From contig JAFTKM010000008.1 in NCBI GenBank assembly GCA_017453245.1, forward strand, positions 19,017 through 83,016: 64,000 bases of DNA. The letters run 5' to 3'. A program made the translations under genes and the position numbers. This stretch comes from Clostridia bacterium. GTDB lineage: Bacteria > Bacillota > Clostridia > Oscillospirales > CAG-272. The notes below the pieces were generated by a model, which was not told the origin of the DNA, searched no databases, and worked only from the letters and a program-made list of their open reading frames with translations. This document shows positions 55,896 to 62,695 of this stretch, piece by piece. Within the stretch, counting starts at the first letter, position 1, and each line of letters opens with the position of its first letter.

Positions 55896-56669
55896 CTATT
55901 TATTGTTTTCCACCAACTTTTTTATGTAATCGCTTCTGCTTCCGTCCCAATGACACAATTCGCATTTGCCGTCCTTAAATTGATGCTTACACTTTTCATA
56001 ACCATAAAGAATATGTGCACACTCGGGACAAAGCGACATCATTTGCGATTTAGTTTTAATAAACTTGCTTCCGCATTCATCACATTCGTGACAGATTGAG
56101 CCAAGAGTTTCTTTCATTTTTTCTCTATCATAATCTAAAAAATAACCTTCAAGTTTTGGATAAAACTCAATATATTTATTCTCAGAAAAGAAAACAATAT
56201 CACAACCCCTATCGTCATAGACTGAAAATATAAATTGATCATCAAATGAAACAAAACTGACCAAAGGTGAATATTGATTATCTATTTGTTTTTTTATTAT
56301 TCTTTCAAAAACTGCGAAATCAACATCAAATGAAATATATCTTTTTACTGTTTCAACATCTTCGTCTATTAGATCTATACTATGTAGCACATCCATATCA
56401 AGATTAATTACTTCGTCAATGGTTATTCCAAAATTGCCAACTTCGCATGCTTTGCCGTCAATAAAATACTCTAAATAAAATGCCGCATCTATTTTTTTGT
56501 TTTCAAATAAAATGTTAGCAATTTTCATTGCTCTCTCTAAAGCGTTATCAAAATATTCTTTGCCTTGACCAATTCCCAACTCGCATCTTAAAGCTAATTT
56601 ATTACTGTAAAACCAGGGCTGCGAGTAATCGAAAGTGGGGTCAAGTATTTTTTCACGCATATTGTTCAT
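55896..56669 (-). CDS. Cassette A cargo: hypothetical protein (257 aa), DUF3885-like N-terminal region (tentative) plus C-terminal double zinc-ribbon
   Basis: SVYDDRGCDIVFF, and CHECDECGSKF...CPECAHILYGYEKCKHQFKDGKCELCHW. AT-rich. Confidence 0.7.
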   Translation of the reverse strand: MNNMREKILDPTFDYSQPWFYSNKLALRCELGIGQGKEYFDNALERAMKIANILFENKKIDAAFYLEYFIDGKACEVGNFGITIDEVINLDMDVLHSIDLIDEDVETVKRYISFDVDFAVFERIIKKQIDNQYSPLVSFVSFDDQFIFSVYDDRGCDIVFFSENKYIEFYPKLEGYFLDYDREKMKETLGSICHECDECGSKFIKTKSQMMSLCPECAHILYGYEKCKHQFKDGKCELCHWDGSRSDYIKKLVENNK

Positions 56670-57045
56670 GTTACTTGCTCTCTTTTAGAATATAATATTG
56701 TTTTTTACATTATACCACAACCCACATGAAAAAACAAGGACGATTTGACTAATCAAACCGCTAATCAAACCGCCCTTGTGGATGAATTGAGCCGTTGGCT
56801 CATGAATTGCACAGAGTGCATGAATTGGCTACGCCATGAATTGACGGCTGTGCCGTCGTTGTGGTGAAGTTTGCGTTTCACGCAAGTGAAGTTGTGCGAA
56901 GCACAGTGAAGTTGATTGTAGCCTTCTCCTGAGGGAGAAGGGGGACCACTTGTGGTGGATGAGGAGTTGGCTATAATTACAACAAAAGTGACACCTCATC
57001 CGCCTCACTTCGTTCAGCACCTTCTCCCACTGGAGAAGGCTTAGG
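56670..57045 (-). repeat. Cassette junction repeat copy 1 (abuts the true cotJC stop; array 56781-57045, promoter 56709-56737)
   Basis: Same ATGAATT and GTGAAGTT word-hairpin grammar. Promoter is TTGTTT, 17 nt, TGgTATAAT. Carries a duplicated GGTTTGATTAG unit. Confidence 0.8.
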
Positions 57046-57594
57046 CTATTCGGTCAAAGACCTCATAGCTTCGCCAAAGCGCTGGTAGTGGACAATCTCG
57101 CGCTGGCGGAGGAATTTGATAGCGTCGTTTACGTCGGGGTCGTCGCTAAGGCGGAGGATATTATCGTAGGTGACTCTCGCCTTCTGCTCTGCCGCGAGGT
57201 CCTCGTTGAGGTCGGAGAGCGCGTCTCCCTTTGAGGATATTGCAAACGCGTTGAAGGGCTCGCCCGATGCCGCCGAGGGGAAGACACCGTTGCCGTGGCC
57301 GATGTAATACTTATCAAGGCCGCCGGCAGTTATCTGCTCGGGGGTGAGGTTGCGTGTGAGCTGATAGATGATACTGCCCACCATCTCGGCATGCCCGAGC
57401 TCCTCATTGCCGATGTCCGTTAAGGTAGCGATAATCTTGCCCTTAGGCATAGTGAATCTCTGATTCAGGTATCTTGTCGCGGCGCCGAGCTCACCGTCGG
57501 GACCTCCGAGGGCGTCTATAATAAGACTTGCTAAGCGCGCGTTGGGGTTCTTAATCTTTACGGGGTACTGAAGCTTTTTCTCATATATCCACAT
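57046..57594 (-). CDS. cotJC: Spore coat protein CotJC (manganese-catalase-family)
   Basis: MWIYEKKLQYPVKIKNPNARLA...GELGAATRYLNQRF...EELGHAEM...REIVHYQRFGEAMRSLTE. Close to my recollection of B. subtilis CotJC. Confidence 0.9.
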   Translation of the reverse strand: MWIYEKKLQYPVKIKNPNARLASLIIDALGGPDGELGAATRYLNQRFTMPKGKIIATLTDIGNEELGHAEMVGSIIYQLTRNLTPEQITAGGLDKYYIGHGNGVFPSAASGEPFNAFAISSKGDALSDLNEDLAAEQKARVTYDNILRLSDDPDVNDAIKFLRQREIVHYQRFGEAMRSLTE

Positions 57595-57597
57595 ACC

Positions 57598-57852
57598 TTA
57601 GTCCTCCTTCCCACCCAGCTGCCAGGGCCAGGGGCCGTCCACCCAATTCCACTTATCACCGACTGTCATATCGGCAAAGAGGGGGCCGTACTTGTTCTGA
57701 TACTCAGTCATAAGGGTGTCAAGCTGATCGCGCATTTCTCTGAAATATGTCAGCGCGTCACGGCACTCGGGGTGAGTGTCGAGGAAAAGCTGAGCCTCGG
57801 TCATAGCGAAGCTTAAGGCGTGGATCCTCTTCATAAGCTCTTCTCTACTCAT
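57598..57852 (-). CDS. cotJB: Spore coat protein CotJB
   Basis: MSREELMKRIHALSFAMTEAQLFLDTHPECRDALTYF...PWPW. Start at 57852 inside the longer ORF in the track. Confidence 0.85.
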   Translation of the reverse strand: MSREELMKRIHALSFAMTEAQLFLDTHPECRDALTYFREMRDQLDTLMTEYQNKYGPLFADMTVGDKWNWVDGPWPWQLGGKED

Positions 57853-58060
57853 TGCCGTACACCTCCATAGGCATATCCAGCTCCTCGAAGATCGTACCGC
57901 GCATAAGACCGTGCTCGGGCTCATACAGCATTCTCCATCGCTGGATCGGTACGTAGGCGTAGCCGAGCGGCTTGTCGTGGAGGGTGGCGGCATCATTCTC
58001 GGGACAGAGCTCTGCCTCGGGGCGTACCTGCTCGGGTATGCCTCTCGCATTTCTTTCCAT
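57845..58060 (-). CDS. cotJA: Spore coat-associated protein CotJA
   Basis: 71 aa. LGYAYVPIQRWRMLYEPEHGLMRGTIFEELDMP. Confidence 0.8.
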   Translation of the reverse strand: MERNARGIPEQVRPEAELCPENDAATLHDKPLGYAYVPIQRWRMLYEPEHGLMRGTIFEELDMPMEVYGNE

Positions 58061-58194
58061 TTGTTTTCGTCCTTTTGTTTTTCGTAAGGGAGCGTTTTTT
58101 CATACTTCCCTTCCTTGTCAGTATATTCGATTTGTCGTTTTTTGTTAGTGCGATATAGACTTGAGCAGGTGATGCAGTTTTTCGCGATGAGTTC

Positions 58195-58223
58195 TTGACT
58201 AAGCTCTCAAAAAGCGGTATAAT
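58195..58223 (+). promoter_or_regulatory. Candidate sigma-A promoter of the DUF4416-MazG operon
   Basis: TTGACT (58195-58200), 17-nt spacer, TATAAT (58218-58223). Confidence 0.55.
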
Positions 58224-58273
58224 GAGTATAGAATATCGAAAAGATCGGATAAGAGTTTTTCGCGGAGGTCGAA

Positions 58274-58825
58274 GTGGGACAGATTTACGATTTTGAAAAG
58301 GAAAAGCTGATCGTCGGCGTGATATACAACGACGAGGAAATATACGATAGAGCGCTCGGGATGTTAAGGGACGCCTTCGGTGAGATAGACGGTGAGTCGG
58401 AGAGATTCTCCTTCTCAAAGGAGTTCTCGGACTACTACGACGAGGAGCTCGGCGGCGAAGGTCAGAGGGTGATTCTTTCCTTCAAGGACACAGTTGACCC
58501 GTCGCGTCAGGCGGAGATAAAGAAGGCTACCAACGAGATGGAGCGTATACTCTCGGATGGTAATGGCAACAGACTTATCAACCTTGACCCCGGCTTTATC
58601 AACCACGGCAGACTTATGCTTGCAACGACGAAAAAAGCGGGCTTCAGAATCCCCCTTGAGGATGGAATCTACACCGAGCTTACCCTCTTCTGGGCGAAGG
58701 GTGCGTGGCATAAGCTCCCCTGGTCGTACAGAGATTATCAGTCGGAGAGAGTGCAAAAATTTATCACCGAGGTAAGAAAGAGCTACCTCAAGGAAAGAAA
58801 AGAATTCTTAAAGAACGAGGAATGA
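58274..58825 (+). CDS. DUF4416-family protein (tentative)
   Basis: 183 aa with a GTG start after GGAGG. EKEKLIVGVIY...NLDPGFI...LATTK pattern. The family call is from memory. Confidence 0.6.
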   Translation: MGQIYDFEKEKLIVGVIYNDEEIYDRALGMLRDAFGEIDGESERFSFSKEFSDYYDEELGGEGQRVILSFKDTVDPSRQAEIKKATNEMERILSDGNGNRLINLDPGFINHGRLMLATTKKAGFRIPLEDGIYTELTLFWAKGAWHKLPWSYRDYQSERVQKFITEVRKSYLKERKEFLKNEE

Positions 58826-59166
58826 GCGAAATGATCTCAAAGGAAACGATAGATATAGTAAAGAAGTTCAGAGATGACCGCAACTGGAGTCAATTCCATA
58901 ATCCGAAGGATTTGGCGATATCCCTGAACCTTGAGGCGGCTGAGCTGCTTGAGATATACCAATGGAGCGCAGATGACCTTGAGTGCCTTAAAAGGCTTGA
59001 TGAGGTCAAGGAGGAGCTTGCCGACGTGCTCTGCTACTCAATACTCCTTGCTGACAGATACGGACTTGATCTTGATGAGATAATACAGAATAAAATGAAG
59101 AAAAATGCCGAGAAATACCCTGTCGAAAAAGCGGCTGGCGTCAGCACTAAATATACGGATTTGTAA
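58822..59166 (+). CDS. MazG-like nucleotide pyrophosphohydrolase (small, all-alpha NTP-PPase)
   Basis: FRDDRNWSQFHNPKDLAISLNLEAAELLEIYQW...EELADVLCY. Confidence 0.75.
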   Translation: MSEMISKETIDIVKKFRDDRNWSQFHNPKDLAISLNLEAAELLEIYQWSADDLECLKRLDEVKEELADVLCYSILLADRYGLDLDEIIQNKMKKNAEKYPVEKAAGVSTKYTDL

Positions 59167-59195
59167 ATTGTAATTGACAAAATCGGAGGTTAATT

Positions 59196-59516
59196 ATGTT
59201 TGTTAAGAATAACGATATAGAGCTCAAAGATCTCGGAGGCGGAGTATCAAGAAAAGTGCTCGCCTATGATGAGAATATTATGTCGGTTGAGGTAAGGTTT
59301 GAGAAGGGCGCTGTCGGCGCTATGCATACACACCCGCACACTCAGATCTCATACGTGCTCGAGGGCAAGTTTGAGGCTACTATCGACGGTAAGACAGAGG
59401 TCATCTCAAAGGGCGATACGTACATTACCCCGCCCGATGTACCTCACGGAGTTGTGTGCCTTGAAGAGGGCGCACTGCTCGACATCTTCACTCCTATGAG
59501 GAAGGACTTTGTATAG
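59196..59516 (+). CDS. Cupin-domain protein
   Basis: 106 aa. GAMHTHPHTQISYVLEGKFE...GDTYITPPDVPHG. Confidence 0.75.
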   Translation: MFVKNNDIELKDLGGGVSRKVLAYDENIMSVEVRFEKGAVGAMHTHPHTQISYVLEGKFEATIDGKTEVISKGDTYITPPDVPHGVVCLEEGALLDIFTPMRKDFV

Positions 59517-59517
59517 C

Positions 59518-59725
59518 GTGTTCTCCGTCAAGAAGAACACACTATAACTAAGTTTGCCCTTTCGGGCAAGTGCAGTTGTCTTCGACAGTGAAGTTCACTT
59601 CGTGAGTGAAGTTTTGCCTGTCGGCGAAGTGATGGGCAAACTTAACTACACTGCGAGCATTTGCGAGCAACTTCACTGTGCTTAGCACAACTTCACTTTC
59701 GCTTTTGCGAAAACTTCACCAGCAG
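59518..59725. repeat. Word-hairpin array with AGTGAAGTT (x2) followed by its reverse complement AACTTCACT/C (x3)
   Basis: AGTGAAGTT at 59587-59595 and 59605-59613. AACTTCACT at 59669-59677 and 59689-59697, and AACTTCACC at 59712-59720. Each pair is separated by a 9-15-nt mini-hairpin. Confidence 0.8.
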
Positions 59726-59774
59726 AAAAAGAGCAGACATGCGAGATTTTTCATCTTACATGTCTGCTCTTTCT
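59726..59774. terminator. Bidirectional terminator (mainly for the minus-strand heparinase-like gene)
   Basis: AGAGCAGACATG (59730-59741) pairs with CATGTCTGCTCT (59759-59770). On the minus strand it is followed by TTTTTCT. Confidence 0.7.
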
Positions 59775-59798
59775 ATTGTATATAGGCTTAAGCTTACA

Positions 59799-61793
59799 CT
59801 AAATATTAAATTTTAGTTCCCTAATTTTACCCGATTTTTCCGTGACGGTGACCTCTACATTGCCGTCTGTATTTTTCATTTCAACCGACGTAATTACCGA
59901 GTCGGACTTATACGCCTCGATGACGTTTATGAATATCGGGCATTTCTCGGTTGTGCGCTCAAGAAGATATGACACGCTCGAGGTTGCGGGATTGTTAGGT
60001 CCCTTAGCTAGTATCAGCTCCTTGCCTTCTGCCAAGGTGTGGACGTCCATACACCAACCGTCAGCGCGGTATGTGAGCTTGGTCGGGCGGTCGCATCGGT
60101 AGGAATAAGCTTCGCCAAGGTAGACTCCTGCGCCCTTGTCAGAGACCTTGCCGATATACTCAGCCTCCTTCGGTAGCTCTGCCTCCGCATTGATATGCCA
60201 GATCCATTCCTTCTTTAAGTCGTTATCCGATCTTACAGAGAAAACGTCGATGAAATACTTATCGTGCCACGAGATGATGCGGCGCATTGTGACACCCCTG
60301 TATGACTCGTCCGACCACTGCTTGATGGTGAAGGAGTCGAGCATCTCATACTCCTCGGGCGGCAGAGTCTCGGCATCAAGGTAGATATCGTCGGGAGCAC
60401 TCATACGATATTCTCTGATACGGGTATCACAGGGCGCCATATTCTCACCGTCGATAACAACGGTATTATGCGCCAGAGTATTCTTAAAATAACCGTAATG
60501 AAGAGGCGAACCGTAGCCCGAAGCGGTGCCAAAATCCATACACGCCCCCGCGCCAAAGGCGTCAAAGGAGAGAGCCAAGCGGTCATAGTGATCGTGCTCA
60601 CCGCCATAGGGTGTCGCCTTAAATAAGAGGGTTCTGCCCTCGGTTCCGTGAAGGATAGCGAGACCTGATCCACGCTCGGAAAGATAGTTTTCAAGCGGTA
60701 TTTCGTGACGCGCGGGAAGGTTATCTACGCCATAGATCAGCGCGTCAAGATGTCCCCTCTTACCTTCTCTGTCACTTAAGTAAAGCAGAGCAAGTATTTC
60801 GTCCGTGCCAAATACCGAGTAGGCAAATTCGTATATGTCCGAATAGCCCGAGAGTGAGCCGTGACCGTCGTTTAGCCTTGCGGTATTCGAGTCGTTCACA
60901 CGGAGCTTGAGAGGCAGGATCAAGGCCTTATAGAGCTTGTCGCGGTAGTGCGGATCTCCGAAAAGGCTATGCTCTGTGTTCTTCGCCATCTTCTCAAAGG
61001 TCATAAACCACCTGAGAGCATAGAGATGGTAGGATACCGAGCACTCAAACCACAAATTATCCTCGAGGTAGGCGTGGTCTATCTGGTATTTGAGACCGTA
61101 CTTGGTATCGGTGGCAAAGCGCACAAGCTCCCCATCTTCGATGGCAAGACCTATCGCGGCGATCGACGTGCAGATAGCGACCTCGTGGTTGTGTAGCTGA
61201 GGGGTAAGATACTTCCTCTGATGCTCTGCCGCGGGGCGGAACAGCTCGTTCTCGATAATGGTACGTTCCTCGTCTGTGAAGCTGAATTTGATAAGCGAAT
61301 ATGCGGGAGCGAGATTGCAGATTGGCTCGCAATCGGTAAGCACCTGAGCGGCAAATCTGCCCGGGTGATTATACGGAATGCCTCCGTTAACCTCATAGTT
61401 TTTGTAGTTTTCGGCGTAGCCGAGTATTATTGTCTTTGCGACAGATAAGAAGTCCTCCCTGCCCGTCGCAACATAGCCTATGGCAAGCTTATATGCGGCA
61501 GAGGTTGTCATAGTGAGGACCGTCTCCCACCACGCGCCAAGGTATGGCTCGCCCGTCTGCACACCTCCGCACTCGGGGCAGACAAAGCGCTCGTTGTCAT
61601 TATAGTTGAAGCTAAGGCGCGTGCCGCACTCGGGACAGGTGAAATAGTGATACCACGTGGCAAGACCTGTCTTTTGTATATAGAGCTTTCGGCGGACGTT
61701 GCTTGTGCTATTCTCGATCTTTGTTATATATTCGGGGTGATTTTCCACCCTTTTTCTTATTATTTCGATGTCTCTTTCGGAAAATATCATCAT
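59799..61793 (-). CDS. Heparinase II/III-like (alginate-lyase-superfamily) protein with an N-terminal zinc-ribbon
   Basis: 664 aa. CPECGTRLSF...CPECGG, SVSYHLYALRWF, GGEHDHYDRLALSF, KNTLAHNTVVIDGENM. No signal peptide. Confidence 0.7.
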   Translation of the reverse strand: MMIFSERDIEIIRKRVENHPEYITKIENSTSNVRRKLYIQKTGLATWYHYFTCPECGTRLSFNYNDNERFVCPECGGVQTGEPYLGAWWETVLTMTTSAAYKLAIGYVATGREDFLSVAKTIILGYAENYKNYEVNGGIPYNHPGRFAAQVLTDCEPICNLAPAYSLIKFSFTDEERTIIENELFRPAAEHQRKYLTPQLHNHEVAICTSIAAIGLAIEDGELVRFATDTKYGLKYQIDHAYLEDNLWFECSVSYHLYALRWFMTFEKMAKNTEHSLFGDPHYRDKLYKALILPLKLRVNDSNTARLNDGHGSLSGYSDIYEFAYSVFGTDEILALLYLSDREGKRGHLDALIYGVDNLPARHEIPLENYLSERGSGLAILHGTEGRTLLFKATPYGGEHDHYDRLALSFDAFGAGACMDFGTASGYGSPLHYGYFKNTLAHNTVVIDGENMAPCDTRIREYRMSAPDDIYLDAETLPPEEYEMLDSFTIKQWSDESYRGVTMRRIISWHDKYFIDVFSVRSDNDLKKEWIWHINAEAELPKEAEYIGKVSDKGAGVYLGEAYSYRCDRPTKLTYRADGWCMDVHTLAEGKELILAKGPNNPATSSVSYLLERTTEKCPIFINVIEAYKSDSVITSVEMKNTDGNVEVTVTEKSGKIRELKFNI

Positions 61794-61824
61794 ATTTACC
61801 TCGCGGCTGGTTGATTTCGTCTCT

Positions 61825-61853
61825 ATTTTAGCATATTAAAGCGAAGTTGTAAA
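61825..61853 (-). promoter_or_regulatory. Candidate promoter of the heparinase-like gene
   Basis: On the minus strand: TTTACA (61848-61853), 17-nt spacer, TGcTAAAAT (-10 at 61825-61830). Confidence 0.45.
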
Positions 61854-61858
61854 GTAGA

Positions 61859-62154
61859 GTGACGATGATTCTTTACTCCGTAAAGAGATATATTCGCCCT
61901 GAGGCGAGTGATATGTTGCTTTTCGCAACGTGATATTATTTCGCCGTGCGAAATAGTGATATGCTCGCTACAAGCGAGCGTTAAAAGAAAAAGCAACCAG
62001 CAGGTGACGATGATTCTTTACTCCGTAAAGATCGATATTCGCCTTACGGCGATCGATATGCGCTTCGCGCTCGATATATTGGCTTCGCCAATTCTATATG
62101 TGCTCTCACGAGCACGATAAAAGAAGAAAGCAACCATCTACCGGTTGCTTTTCT
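61859..62154. repeat. Two tandem word-hairpin arrays, each opened by GTGACGATGATT-CTTTACtccGTAAAG; words GTGATAT (array 1) and TCGATAT (array 2)
   Basis: Array 1 spans 61859-61979 and array 2 spans 62004-62116. Each is followed by an AAAAGAAnAAAGCAACC... terminator-like motif. Full parse in the findings. Confidence 0.8.
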
Positions 62155-62160
62155 AATATA

Positions 62161-62197
62161 AAAAAGAACGGTCAGCAGGTGACCGTTCTTAATTTTT
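62161..62197 (-). terminator. Terminator T2 of the rplL pseudo-copy
   Basis: AAGAACGGTCA gcagg TGACCGTTCTT. Same loop and flanks as the true rplL terminator, but a completely different stem. Confidence 0.65.
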
Positions 62198-62208
62198 ACA
62201 GAGTGTGA

Positions 62209-62257
62209 ATTACTTAACTTCAACTTCTGCGCCTGCAGCCCCCGAGTCTGCTGCAGA
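62209..62257 (-). pseudogene. rplL 3'-end fragment F2 (last ~10 codons plus stop plus 3' UTR)
   Basis: 62209-62240 is identical over 32 nt to 62695-62726. It then diverges in a 5-nt patch (CCCGA instead of TTGAG). Confidence 0.85.
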
Positions 62258-62390
62258 TAATCAAGCGAAGCGTATCGGGGAGCTCGCTCACCAGTACGCG
62301 AGCGCAGATTGCTCCGTGGCGGCTCGTCACAGACGAGCATAGGCGCGTAGCGCCAAGGACACGAAGTGGACTTACGCCACATAGGAGTAT
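62256..62390. repeat. Structured ~135-nt element, copy B
   Basis: About 93% identical to 62498-62631 (about 9 differences by eye). Contains perfect triloop hairpins GCTCGTC-aca-GACGAGC and GGCGC-gta-GCGCC, enclosed by GTGGCG/CGCCAC. Confidence 0.85.
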
Positions 62391-62502
62391 CTTCTCAGCC
62401 TCTTCCTTAGAGATGCCTTCCTTGATGGTCTTGGGAGCAGTCGGGCAAGATCCTTAGCATCCTTAAGACCAAGACCGCAAACGTCCTTAACAAGCTTGAT
62501 AA
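62387..62502 (-). pseudogene. rplL internal fragment F1 (codons for IKLVKDV...EAEK), frameshifted
   Basis: 50 nt and then 54 nt are identical to 62744-62793 and 62801-62854. They flank a patch where real ACTCAAC (7 nt) is replaced by TCGGGC (6 nt), shifting the frame by one. Confidence 0.85.
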
Positions 62503-62631
62503 TCAAGCGAAGCGTATCGGGGAACTCGTTCACCAGTACGCGAGCGCAGATTGCTCCGTGGCGGCTCGTCGCAGACGAGCATAGGTGCGTAGCGCCAAGG
62601 ACACAAAGTGGACTTACGCCGCAGGGAGCAT
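62498..62631. repeat. Structured ~135-nt element, copy A
   Basis: See copy B. Lies between the true rplL terminator and fragment F1. Confidence 0.85.
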
Positions 62632-62650
62632 AACGGGGATTTTAAAAGAA

Positions 62651-62690
62651 AAAAGCAACCAGCAGGTGGTTGCTTTCTTCTTTATAGAGA
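62651..62690 (-). terminator. rplL intrinsic terminator T1
   Basis: On the minus strand: AAAGCAACCA cctgc TGGTTGCTTTTTTCTTTT. Confidence 0.75.
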
Positions 62691-62695
62691 TGAAA

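Larger units (their letters stand above)
52640..57045 (-). mobile_element. Tandem array of four AT-rich single-gene cassettes plus one empty unit, inserted directly after the cotJC stop codon; no recombinase gene in the window
   Basis: Five copies of a composite junction repeat alternate with cargo ORFs of very different base composition. See the individual repeat and CDS features and the findings. Confidence 0.5.

Noticed and set aside
52842-57045. CRISPR array interpretation of the word-hairpin arrays
   Set aside because: The repeats are only 7-9 nt and the spacers are 9-20 nt and are themselves palindromes. No leader and no cas genes are present in the window.
52640-57045. Calling the cassette array a classical integron
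   Set aside because: There is no intI gene, Pc or attI in the window. The junctions are not single 60-140-nt attC inverted repeats with GTTRRRY cores, and the cassettes carry their own promoters. I therefore describe it only as integron-like.
62256-62631. Group II intron (class C, terminator-targeting) fragment as the identity of the 135-nt element
   Set aside because: I see no domain V-like 34-nt hairpin with a GNRA loop and AGC/CGC triad, no GUGYG 5' end and no IEP ORF. The length is far too short.
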